DNA of 64,000 bases. Source: an uncultured Gammaproteobacteria bacterium. Lineage in GTDB: Bacteria > Patescibacteriota > Microgenomatia > UBA8517. The notes beneath the pieces were generated by a model. The model had not been told where the DNA came from. It did not search any database and saw only the letters and a program-made list of their open reading frames with translations. Position numbers and translations under genes: made by a program. Shown here in pieces: positions 28,993 through 37,520 of this stretch (positions within the stretch are counted from its first letter, which is position 1; the number at the start of each line of letters is the position of its first letter). The stretch spans positions 408,616 through 472,615 of the forward strand of contig CAZWNZ010000001.1 of the NCBI GenBank assembly GCA_964635715.1. The letters run 5' to 3'.

Positions 28993-29760
28993 TTATTTTA
29001 CACCAAAACTTTCTCGCCAAAAACCTATAAGATTTCTAATTCTATTTGTTGTTAGGGGGTGATCTCCCAACAACTCACTAAACTTAACAGAAGTTCTGTT
29101 TGCTGTTTTTATTTGTGATACATATCCCTTAATATCTAGTTTTTCATAGAGAACTTTCCCTATGGATATTTTTATGAGTGCTGAAATTGCACTATCCACA
29201 TCTTTTGTCGCAATCAAACCGCATCTGTCACAGGAGTATTCAGTTTTCCTATTCCAAAATCCAAAAATTAAATTACTTAAGAAATTGTTGCTTCCGATCG
29301 GTACTAATAGGGTAGAAATTTTTGTATGGCCTGCTTTGTAATGTCCCAACTCGTGCCCAATAACAAAATTTAACTCCTTTTGATTTAATTGTTCTACTAA
29401 CGCAGATGTTAGAACAACGGTGCAACTTGTAATGCCGAGTGTGTACGCTTGAAGGTATGGGTCTTGAATGATGTATAGTGAGGCCCTGTTTATTCCAAGT
29501 TTTTCAGCGTTAGTCCTAAAAGTATCGTAAATATCAGGATATTGTTTTGAATGAACTCTAATGGCATTTCCCAAATATTGTGATTGTTGAAGGTGAACAT
29601 AGATTAGGGCGCCTATCAAAAGCAGAACAAAAATATAGATATTAAATGTATAAAGAAAATAACTTATTAGAGAAATAATCAACAAGGTCACTATCAAAGC
29701 GATATTTTCGTAAGGAACACGAAACATCCAAGATTCTATTGTTGTTTTTCTATCTTCCAT
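28993..29760 (-). CDS. M48-family zinc metallopeptidase (HtpX-like), membrane-anchored
   Basis: Two N-terminal TMs are present. An HExxH motif is present (VIGHELGHYKAGH). A downstream E/D and the C-terminal GDHP...RI are typical of M48. Confidence 0.7.
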   Translation of the reverse strand: MEDRKTTIESWMFRVPYENIALIVTLLIISLISYFLYTFNIYIFVLLLIGALIYVHLQQSQYLGNAIRVHSKQYPDIYDTFRTNAEKLGINRASLYIIQDPYLQAYTLGITSCTVVLTSALVEQLNQKELNFVIGHELGHYKAGHTKISTLLVPIGSNNFLSNLIFGFWNRKTEYSCDRCGLIATKDVDSAISALIKISIGKVLYEKLDIKGYVSQIKTANRTSVKFSELLGDHPLTTNRIRNLIGFWRESFGVK

Positions 29761-29959
29761 CTTGCTTTTTAGTATTAGAGTCCTTTCTGGAAAACATTTT
29801 GTAAACCAGATAAGGGAAAAATATAAAAGATGTAAAAGTTAATAAGGTAAATAGAGGTGGCCTTTCGATACCAAAAAAGACAAAGACAAGGGTACCCAGT
29901 GCCCAAAGGACAAACGAGAGAAAAACCCCTATTATTATAGAACCTATGACTTTAATCAT
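29750..29959 (-). CDS. Small 2-TM membrane protein
   Basis: 69 aa and hydrophobic. Overlaps the M48 gene start. Confidence 0.4.
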   Translation of the reverse strand: MIKVIGSIIIGVFLSFVLWALGTLVFVFFGIERPPLFTLLTFTSFIFFPYLVYKMFSRKDSNTKKQDGR

Positions 29960-29960
29960 A

Positions 29961-30263
29961 TTAACTTTTTCTTTCTTTTATTGAATAAGCTGATATAAAA
30001 AATAAGACTGCCGAGATTAAATCTATTCCAACCCAAGAACTCTTATTCATATAAACAGGAATCAGGGGATTGAAAAGAAAGGCTAGGGCACCAAAGATAA
30101 GCACCCAACCTGTTAACTTTGATTTTGAGAACCCAATTGCGTTAAAAATTGCTACTCCGCAAACAACCCATCTGAGGATTATGTAATAGTCGTATGGCCA
30201 AATGTTTAATATTCCCAAGAGCAGAAGGACCCCAGAAATAATTGAAGGCCATTTAATATTCAT
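29961..30263 (-). CDS. Small 3-4 TM membrane protein (first gene of minus-strand cargo operon)
   Basis: 100 aa and hydrophobic. Confidence 0.45.
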   Translation of the reverse strand: MNIKWPSIISGVLLLLGILNIWPYDYYIILRWVVCGVAIFNAIGFSKSKLTGWVLIFGALAFLFNPLIPVYMNKSSWVGIDLISAVLFFISAYSIKERKS

Positions 30264-30399
30264 ATTACATATTTATAAACTGCGAACTAGCCAAATTTTA
30301 CACCCTTTTATTAGAAAAATCTAAGAAATTCGAAATCATTAGTGGTAAAATACAAATATAAACTGCCCGTGATAAACGGGTTTTTTTTGTAAATGTAAT

Positions 30400-31530
30400 A
30401 TGTCAAAGAAAGATGAAGAGATATTGTTGGCTGATGAACTCAGGAAACGGATAGATAATCTTAAGATAATTGATAAGCCTAGTCCATTTTTTAGGGAGGT
30501 TGCACGAACGGCTGAATGGATGGGTGAGATATTGTTATTTGAGCAACCACTTTTTGCCCTAGACCTTCAAAGTAAAAAGCGAGATAAAGAATCATTGCAG
30601 ATATTGAAGGATATGCACTCCAAAGGCAGAGTCATTTGGTCTGCTATAAAAAAAATACCAATTACTCTTGAAAAGACACGGCCAGAAGTTCAACAATCGC
30701 TTGCGAGTTTGCATCAGTATTACGAAATGCCACACCCTCAGTACGGAATCGGGCTATATCACAGTTTGAGGATAGTGGTTGAGTATCTTATTTCTAGTAA
30801 CAATTCAAAAGGGCTTGAGAAATTTGTAGACAGGAATAACCCCGTTAAGTATCCGAATTTTCGAGGTGAAATGTATGATCTACTAATTGCTTACAATAAG
30901 AAACAGGATTTAATAAAAAAAGAACTCGCCCTTAGTCTTTGGGGTGCTTGGGACAATCTTAAGTATGTAAGCTACCTTGCAGGAATAGATAACGACTATC
31001 CACAACTTGAAGATTGGGCTAAGGTTTTTACAAAGGATGAATACTTTGTACATCTTCACAAAGTATCAGATTACTTATTTGATTGGCTGGTGTTAGGTAA
31101 AAAAGGTGACAAATTAAGTGGTGACCCACTGCTCGAATCTGCTGTTTGGGATAAGAAATTTAATTTTGAAATTGACCCTAACACCGAAATTGATAATGCA
31201 AATTTTGGACAGTATGGAGTAGTTAGGTTTTACCCAGGTAAATCTCCAACTAAAGTGGAAGGTGATAGTAAACTAAACGCAAATCAATTATTTCTTAAAA
31301 AATTGTTTGAAGCTGGCGAGAAAGGTGTATCTAGAAAAGAGCTGGCCGAGTATATGGATATAAGAGAGAATGACATTAAAGCCTATGTTAACGGGGCCGA
31401 TAAAGTTTTTCGAAATAGTTACAAAAAACAAAAAGTTAAAGCAAATATTTACGTATCTGCAGATAGCGAGATAATTAGGTTGATTGTTATACCTGTCGAA
31501 AGTGAGAATAATCAAAATACCGAAGCTTAG
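30400..31530 (+). CDS. Hypothetical protein with C-terminal winged-helix-like region
   Basis: 376 aa. The C-terminus is LFLKKLFEAGEKGVSRKELAEYMDIREND. Confidence 0.45.
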   Translation: MSKKDEEILLADELRKRIDNLKIIDKPSPFFREVARTAEWMGEILLFEQPLFALDLQSKKRDKESLQILKDMHSKGRVIWSAIKKIPITLEKTRPEVQQSLASLHQYYEMPHPQYGIGLYHSLRIVVEYLISSNNSKGLEKFVDRNNPVKYPNFRGEMYDLLIAYNKKQDLIKKELALSLWGAWDNLKYVSYLAGIDNDYPQLEDWAKVFTKDEYFVHLHKVSDYLFDWLVLGKKGDKLSGDPLLESAVWDKKFNFEIDPNTEIDNANFGQYGVVRFYPGKSPTKVEGDSKLNANQLFLKKLFEAGEKGVSRKELAEYMDIRENDIKAYVNGADKVFRNSYKKQKVKANIYVSADSEIIRLIVIPVESENNQNTEA

Positions 31531-31566
31531 CTAATCTTCTTTTTATCTTATAACTAATCTTCTCGC

Positions 31567-31839
31567 TTGTTTTATGCTTCAGGCAAGATGTTAAATGTTA
31601 ATGAAGATAGATGGAAGAGCAAAGATTTTTATTTGAGTTGCGTTATTCGTGCCTCTGGGTTTGAACTCATAACCCTTGAAAGGAAAGAACACGACTTCAG
31701 CGTTTTTGTTTTTGACATTTCTCCTCAAAAGGCAGAAGAAATAATTTCTCTTCACTGGTCTAAACAGTTGAAACTTCCCACCAAGGATTTAGTTGAAGCA
31801 ATCAATGAATTAAGAACAAGGTTAAAAAGTGGAGTCTAA
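31567..31839 (+). CDS. Hypothetical small protein
   Basis: A 90-aa ORF. Confidence 0.35.
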   Translation: MFYASGKMLNVNEDRWKSKDFYLSCVIRASGFELITLERKEHDFSVFVFDISPQKAEEIISLHWSKQLKLPTKDLVEAINELRTRLKSGV

Positions 31840-32038
31840 TATGGAAAATTTAAATGTTATCGAAAAAGCATTGGAACTTTATGACGAAGTCGACAATTTG
31901 GCTAAGGACTGGCTAATAAAAAGTTGGAAACTAAAGGACGAGGATAAGGAGATTGCAAGATTGTATTACCAAAAGGCTTGTAAAAAGCGATTAGAACTAG
32001 CGAAAAGATTGGAGGGATTATGCAACCAGACAAAATAA
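31829..32038 (+). CDS. Hypothetical small protein
   Basis: A 69-aa helical ORF that overlaps its neighbours. Confidence 0.3.
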   Translation: MESNMENLNVIEKALELYDEVDNLAKDWLIKSWKLKDEDKEIARLYYQKACKKRLELAKRLEGLCNQTK

Positions 32039-33351
32039 CATTTGATCCAGCAAAAGATATTAAGGATTCGATTTATGAGATTACTAAAGTTGAAAAAGAA
32101 TGGGAAGAAATAACCTCGGAAGACATACTAAAAGTATTAGGTCAGACAATAAAGAAAGATGATTTTAATAAACTCCTAGTCTTTCTGTGCCAGCTTTTAG
32201 CATATTCGGAAAGTAGTCAGATAAATCTTTCTTTTAATGCTCCAAGCAGTAGTGGCAAAAGCTATTTGGCTTTGGAAATCGCAGACTTATTTCCCAAAGA
32301 AGATGTCCTTAAACTTGGTTATGCTAGCCCGACTTCCTTTTTCCATACAACCAGCGAATATTCCAAAGAAAAGAATGGCTATGTAGTGAATCTTGAAAGG
32401 AAAATTGTGGTTTTTCTTGATATGCCACACTCATTACTTTTACAGCATTTAAGACCGCTTCTAAGCCATGATGAAAAGGAAATATTAGTTAAGATTACTG
32501 ACAAATCAGCCAAGGGGGGAATAAGAACAAAAGACATTTTTATTAGAGGTTATCCTGCAGTTCTTTTTTGTTCGGCAAACTTTAACTTAGATGAACAAGA
32601 GTTAACAAGGTTCATCCTTCTTAGCCCAGAAACCAACCAAGAAAAGATAAGAGAAGCAATTTACGAGCGGGTAAAAAAGGAAGCAGATAAAGAAGGGTAT
32701 TTTAAACTCTTAAACGAAAACCCAGACAGACAAGCCTTGAAACAGAGAATTGTTGATGTCAGAGATTCTCTTGTTAGTAAAATTGATTTAGGTAACCCAG
32801 AAAAATTACTTCAGATGTTCTATGAACGCAATGAGATTCTTAAACCTAGACATTCAAGGGACATTCAACGAATCGCTTCCTTGGCCAAGGCATTTGCCTT
32901 ACTTAACCTTTGGACCCGAGAAAGAGTGGGGGATGCAATTAAGACAAATGAAAAGGACCTTGAAAATGCTTTTAAGATTTGGGACGAGATAAGTATTGCA
33001 CAAGATTTAGGGGTTTCTCCTTATATTCTTAATCTCTACAAAGAAGTTATTGTCCCCGTTTATGAAGAAAAAGGTAAAGCAGGACTAACCAGACAGGAGG
33101 TTTTGAAAAAACATTTTGAGGTTTATGGAAGACATATAGCCGATTGGCAGTTGAGGCAAGAAATAGTGCCAATAATGAAGACTTCTGGACTTATTTCTGA
33201 AGAACAGGACCCGCTTGATAAAAGAAAACTTCTTATTTACCCCCTAGTACAGCTCACTACATCTGGAGCTCAAGAAATAGTGAGTGAGAGGGGGGAGGAG
33301 GGTGTAACAGAAGCTCAAATCGAGGATATTTTTGGAGTAAAACCTATATGA
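32020..33351 (+). CDS. P-loop NTPase, possible primase/helicase-like replication protein
   Basis: A Walker A-like NAPSSSGKSYLALEIADL is present. Walker B-like VVFLDM is present. The C-terminal winged-helix region resembles the phage/plasmid primase C-terminal NTPase. Confidence 0.45.
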   Translation: MQPDKITFDPAKDIKDSIYEITKVEKEWEEITSEDILKVLGQTIKKDDFNKLLVFLCQLLAYSESSQINLSFNAPSSSGKSYLALEIADLFPKEDVLKLGYASPTSFFHTTSEYSKEKNGYVVNLERKIVVFLDMPHSLLLQHLRPLLSHDEKEILVKITDKSAKGGIRTKDIFIRGYPAVLFCSANFNLDEQELTRFILLSPETNQEKIREAIYERVKKEADKEGYFKLLNENPDRQALKQRIVDVRDSLVSKIDLGNPEKLLQMFYERNEILKPRHSRDIQRIASLAKAFALLNLWTRERVGDAIKTNEKDLENAFKIWDEISIAQDLGVSPYILNLYKEVIVPVYEEKGKAGLTRQEVLKKHFEVYGRHIADWQLRQEIVPIMKTSGLISEEQDPLDKRKLLIYPLVQLTTSGAQEIVSERGEEGVTEAQIEDIFGVKPI

Positions 33352-33557
33352 ACAAACCACTTTTACCAATAATTACATTTAAGGATATTGTTTCGGATGG
33401 AAAGAGGGTTGAAACTGCCTATTTTAGGATATTTGAGATAGCGAGGAAAAATATTTTGATGAAAAGGATGTTGACAAATCCAATGTCGCAGAAGTACACT
33501 GAAATACATAATGAAAAATCAATATCTAACAATCGAGGAGGTGGCCAAAATGCTTAG
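33348..33557 (+). CDS. Hypothetical small protein
   Basis: A 69-aa ORF. It partly overlaps the better-supported Xis-like ORF in another frame. Confidence 0.25.
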   Translation: MNKPLLPIITFKDIVSDGKRVETAYFRIFEIARKNILMKRMLTNPMSQKYTEIHNEKSISNNRGGGQNA

Positions 33558-33678
33558 AGTTAATAAAAGAACTGTATATAGATTGGCCGTAAAAGGAGAA
33601 ATTCCAGCTTTCAGGTTTGGCAGGTCTTGGAGGATAGATTCTAATAAGTTGGATGGAATATTTAAGAGAAAGAAATGA
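33511..33678 (+). CDS. Excisionase/AlpA-like HTH DNA-binding protein (55 aa), not in ORF track
   Basis: Translation gives MKNQYLTIEEVAKMLRVNKRTVYRLAVKGEIPAFRFGRSWRIDSNKLDGIFKRKK, a classic Xis/MerR-type HTH_17 fold. Its stop overlaps the recombinase start (ATGA). Confidence 0.6.
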   Translation: MKNQYLTIEEVAKMLRVNKRTVYRLAVKGEIPAFRFGRSWRIDSNKLDGIFKRKK

Positions 33679-35327
33679 AAAGCGATAATCAAATACAGGA
33701 ACCGATGAATGTTGCTCTTTATGCAAGGGTTTCAACTGGTAGGCAGGAGAATGAACAGACCATTGAATCCCAATTAGATGAAGTTAAGAGAAAAATAGCG
33801 GATGATGGTAATACTTTATTACCTCAAAACATCTTTATAGACGATGGATGGAGCGGAGAACTTCTAGCAAGGCCTTCACTTGATAACTTAAGGGATGCAG
33901 TTAAAGATAATAGTTTTGAAGCAGTTTATGTTTATGATAGAGGTAGGCTTTCCAGGACCTTCTTTCACCAGGAGCTTGTTATAAGTGAACTAAGCGATTT
34001 AGGAATCCAATTTATTTCACTTCATGATGTTAAAGCCACAACTCCTGAGGAGAAAGTCTTGCAATCAATGCAGGGGGTATTCCACGAATACGAAAGAATT
34101 AAGATTGCAGAGAGAATGAGAAGGGGAAAAATGTATCACGCAAAGGAAGGGAAAATAATAAATGGTCAGGCTTTGTATGGTTACTCTTATAAGAAAAGGG
34201 AGGATGGAAATGTAGACTACCTTATAAACGATGACGAGGCGGGAGTAGTAAGAAAGATTTGGAATTGGTTTGGAAATGATAATCTAGCCGTTCATACAAT
34301 CCAGAGGAGATTATTTGACCTTAAAATTATGCCCCAGAAGGGTAAATCTGATTTTTGGTCCAAAAGTGTTATTACCAGACTTCTTAAACAGGAAACCTAT
34401 GTGACAGGTAAGGCTTTTTATAATAAATCGGAAGCGGTTGTAGCCAAACACCCGATGAACAATGGTAAGTATAAGAAAGTTAAGAAAAGTAGTAGGAAAG
34501 TAAAGTCTCGTGAAGACTGGATTCCTTTTGATGTCCCCAGAATAATTACAGATTATTCACTTTATGAGAAGGTTCAAAAGAAACTTGAATATAACAGAGT
34601 CTATGCAAACAAAAAATCTAAATACGACTACCTACTTTCTGGTTTAATTTATTGTGGTTGTGGGAACAAAAGAGTTGGGGACGGTTGCAGCAAAAACGGG
34701 CACTTTTATTACAGGTGCATTGATAGGATTAGAAGCGGGGTATACGAGAGGAAATGCAAATCAAGTGGTATAAACGCTGCGATTTTGGATGGTCTGCTCT
34801 GGAAAGAACTAAGAAAAAAGCTTTTTAGTTACCCAATAATGAAGAAATATGCCGAAAAGTGGATTAAATCAGTATCGGTTTTAAGTAGTGAAGACTTGCT
34901 TGAGAAGCGAAGACTTAATGAAATGATAGTAAAGACTACAGAAGAAGAAAATCGTTATTCAAAGGCTTACGGAGTTGGAACTTTAGAATTCGACCAATTC
35001 CAGAATTTAATGAAAGACGCCAAAAAGCGAAGAGTTTCTTATCAAAAACAATTATCAGAATTGGCCAATAAATCGGCAGAAGTTAATGTTCAGATAGAGG
35101 TCGATGAGCTATTAGCGGAAGTGATGAGTGTGGTTAAGGATATAGATTTTAGTGATAAATTTAGGGTAATTCGAGATATAATAGACAAAGTTATCGTAAC
35201 AGAAAGGAGCGGTGCAGAAATATGTGCGCATTTACCATTACCAGTCACAATCACCGAAAAGTTGGGATATGAGCCTGAGCGTAGGGATTGTTGGCTTGCC
35301 AAATGTAGGCAAGAGCACTCTTTTTAA
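33675..35327 (+). CDS. Large serine recombinase (serine integrase)
   Basis: The N-terminal resolvase catalytic domain is VALYARVSTGRQENEQTIESQ. A recombinase domain and a zinc-ribbon domain follow (CGCGNKRVGDGC...YYRC). It has a coiled-coil C-terminus. The 3' end spans attR and overlaps ychF by 59 nt. Confidence 0.85.
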   Translation: MKSDNQIQEPMNVALYARVSTGRQENEQTIESQLDEVKRKIADDGNTLLPQNIFIDDGWSGELLARPSLDNLRDAVKDNSFEAVYVYDRGRLSRTFFHQELVISELSDLGIQFISLHDVKATTPEEKVLQSMQGVFHEYERIKIAERMRRGKMYHAKEGKIINGQALYGYSYKKREDGNVDYLINDDEAGVVRKIWNWFGNDNLAVHTIQRRLFDLKIMPQKGKSDFWSKSVITRLLKQETYVTGKAFYNKSEAVVAKHPMNNGKYKKVKKSSRKVKSREDWIPFDVPRIITDYSLYEKVQKKLEYNRVYANKKSKYDYLLSGLIYCGCGNKRVGDGCSKNGHFYYRCIDRIRSGVYERKCKSSGINAAILDGLLWKELRKKLFSYPIMKKYAEKWIKSVSVLSSEDLLEKRRLNEMIVKTTEEENRYSKAYGVGTLEFDQFQNLMKDAKKRRVSYQKQLSELANKSAEVNVQIEVDELLAEVMSVVKDIDFSDKFRVIRDIIDKVIVTERSGAEICAHLPLPVTITEKLGYEPERRDCWLAKCRQEHSF

Positions 35328-36372
35328 TGCGCTTCTAAAAAAGCAACAGGCTTATGTCGCAAACTTCCCGTTCGCGACGATTGAACCGAATATTGGAATA
35401 GTTCCGGTTCCTGACCCACGCTTGGCCAAGCTCGCAGACGTAGTAAAGAGCTCAGATAATCTTGACCATTTTCCACCGGAAGTCCCGGCTACCGTTCAGT
35501 TTGTAGATATCGCAGGGCTTATCGCTGGTGCTTCAAAAGGCGAGGGATTGGGGAATAAATTCCTAAGTCACATAAGAGAAACAAACGCAATTTGCTACGT
35601 TTTGCGAGCTTTTACCGATCCGGATGTTGTTCGCCAGGGTGTGAAAGAACCGGTTGCTGATTTCGAAGTTCTGGAAACCGAGCTTGCCCTTGCCGATCTT
35701 CAAACTTTGGAAAAACAGAAAGATCCGGGGAATACTCCGGATAAAGATCAGATAAAAAAGTGGCAAACTATCCAGAGATTAAAAAAGACATTAGAAGGCA
35801 GTACCATGGTTCGAACTATCGAACTGTCAGAAGAGGAAAATAAAATAGTTAATGAGTTGGGACTTTTAACGGCAAAACCAATACTTGTTGTGTTAAATGT
35901 TGACGAAAAGCAAGTAGCTAGTAGTCAGAATCTAGAATCTAGTTTTGCGAAGGAAATTGGGGTCGCTGAAAATCAGGTGATAGCCATCTGTGCCAAAACA
36001 GAAAGCGAGCTTTCAGAACTTTCAGAAGATGATCAGAAAATTTACATGCAGGACTTGGGAATTGACAAGTCCGGTCTTGAGAGACTAATTCAGAAAGCTT
36101 TTACAACTCTTGGCCTTGCCACATTTTTAACGGCAGGAGAAAAGGAAGTCAGAGCATGGACTATTCAAGCGGGCATTAACGCTCAGGAGGCGGCTGGGGT
36201 GATTCACACTGATTTTATTAAAAAATTTATCAAAGCCGACGTAGTCAGATTTGAGGAGTTCATTAAATCTGGCGGCTGGAAAGCCGCCCGTGAATTAGGT
36301 AAAGTTCGTTCCGAGGGCCGCGACTACATAATGCAAGATGGGGAAGTTGTGGAATTCAAGATTGGGGCGTAA
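35269..36372 (+). CDS. ychF: Ribosome-binding ATPase YchF (Obg family)
   Basis: MSLSVGIVGLPNVGKSTLFNAL is present. A TGS domain is present. The C-terminal YchF domain is present. The first 5-6 codons are supplied by the element. Confidence 0.9.
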   Translation: MSLSVGIVGLPNVGKSTLFNALLKKQQAYVANFPFATIEPNIGIVPVPDPRLAKLADVVKSSDNLDHFPPEVPATVQFVDIAGLIAGASKGEGLGNKFLSHIRETNAICYVLRAFTDPDVVRQGVKEPVADFEVLETELALADLQTLEKQKDPGNTPDKDQIKKWQTIQRLKKTLEGSTMVRTIELSEEENKIVNELGLLTAKPILVVLNVDEKQVASSQNLESSFAKEIGVAENQVIAICAKTESELSELSEDDQKIYMQDLGIDKSGLERLIQKAFTTLGLATFLTAGEKEVRAWTIQAGINAQEAAGVIHTDFIKKFIKADVVRFEEFIKSGGWKAARELGKVRSEGRDYIMQDGEVVEFKIGA

Positions 36373-36418
36373 CTAATTTCTAATTGCTAATTTCTAATTT
36401 CTAATCTATAATCTGAGC

Positions 36419-36706
36419 ATGAACAAATATGAATTGACTTTAGTTTTGGATGGCAAATCAGGAGCTGTCACTAAAAAGAAAGTCACTGAAACTTTGGAAA
36501 AAGTTTTGGGGATTTTTAAAGGTGTAATTAAAGAATCTAAAGAATTGGGAGTTAAAGAACTTGCCTACAAAATAGGTAAAAGTGAGACTGGGATGTATCT
36601 TTTTTTTGAGATAGAGGTTGATCCGAAAGGTGCAAAGTCTCTTAACGAGAAACTTAAGAACGACGCTGATATAATTAGGTATCTGCTAATTAATAAAGAG
36701 AAATAA
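36419..36706 (+). CDS. rpsF: 30S ribosomal protein S6
   Basis: The MNKYELTLVL...LAYKIGK...GMYLFFEIE pattern is present. It sits in the rpsF-ssb-rpsR operon. Confidence 0.8.
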   Translation: MNKYELTLVLDGKSGAVTKKKVTETLEKVLGIFKGVIKESKELGVKELAYKIGKSETGMYLFFEIEVDPKGAKSLNEKLKNDADIIRYLLINKEK

Positions 36707-37198
36707 ATGGCCAAATCATTAAACAAAGTAATGCTAATCGGGAATCTAACCCGTGATCCTGAAATGCGTTATACACCTCAGGGTACGGCTGTTTGTAGTT
36801 TTGGTGTGGCAACGAATAGAAGCTGGACTACCGAAAGTGGTGAGAAAAAAGATGAAGCAGATTTTCACAATATTGTTGCCTGGAATAAACTTGCAGAAAT
36901 TTGTGCACAGCTTTTGAAAAAAGGTAGAAAAGTTTATGTTGAAGGAAGGCTTTCGACAAGATCTTGGCAAGGACAAGATGGAACTCAGAAGCAAAGGACG
37001 GAAGTTGTTATAAACGATATGGTGATTCTTGATAAAAAGGAAGGAACAGGAGAAGCTATCGACGTCCCAGAACCGGCAATTGAAGCTCAAGTCTCACCGG
37101 AAGAGATTGATGAAAAACCGGCAAAAAAAGATAAGAAAAAGGAAGAAAAGAATGATGAATTAAAAGAGGAAGTTGGAGAGGAAGATATTCCGTTCTAA
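36707..37198 (+). CDS. ssb: Single-stranded DNA-binding protein
   Basis: The OB-fold VMLIGNLTRDPEMRYTPQGTAV is present. An acidic C-terminal tail ends DIPF. Confidence 0.9.
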   Translation: MAKSLNKVMLIGNLTRDPEMRYTPQGTAVCSFGVATNRSWTTESGEKKDEADFHNIVAWNKLAEICAQLLKKGRKVYVEGRLSTRSWQGQDGTQKQRTEVVINDMVILDKKEGTGEAIDVPEPAIEAQVSPEEIDEKPAKKDKKKEEKNDELKEEVGEEDIPF

Positions 37199-37206
37199 TT
37201 AATCAC

Positions 37207-37464
37207 ATGGCAAAGAAAAAAGATATCAAAAAAAGAAGAAGAATAGTTGAGATAGTAGTTCCCAAGAACTGTCCTTTTTGCAAGGGTAAAACAGAGCCTG
37301 ACTATAAAGATGTCGATGTGCTTTCTAAGTATTTAAACGATCGTGCAAAAATTCAAGGCAAAAGCAGAACGGGGATTTGTGCTAAACATCAAAGAAGAAT
37401 TAGTGTTGCCGTTAAGAGAGCCAGACATTTAGCTCTTCTACCTTTTATCCCTTCAATCGATTAA
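37207..37464 (+). CDS. rpsR: 30S ribosomal protein S18
   Basis: CPFCKG plus a basic S18 core are present. Its position follows ssb. Confidence 0.85.
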   Translation: MAKKKDIKKRRRIVEIVVPKNCPFCKGKTEPDYKDVDVLSKYLNDRAKIQGKSRTGICAKHQRRISVAVKRARHLALLPFIPSID

Positions 37465-37520
37465 GTTTAGACCCATTTTAAGTATTGAGCACTCAGTTTC
37501 TTAGGCGTAATATGTAGTTT

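Larger units (their letters stand above)
22953..35285 (+). mobile_element. Integrated element (~12.3 kb) with large serine recombinase, inserted into the 5' end of ychF
   Basis: attL is CAGTTG-GG-ATACTT at 22946-22959. attR is GCGTAG-GG-ATTGTT at 35279-35292. The reconstructed attP has inverted ends AAAAGTTGGGA (35257-35267) and TCCCAACTTTT (22969-22979), symmetric about the GG. A serine recombinase and a Xis-like HTH lie at the right end. The cargo genes are all orphans. Confidence 0.6.

Noticed and set aside
35212-35268. Upstream extension of ychF (MQKYVRIYHYQSQSPKSWD...)
   Set aside because: The canonical YchF N-terminus begins at MSLSVGIVG (35269). The extension lies in another frame of the recombinase 3' end.
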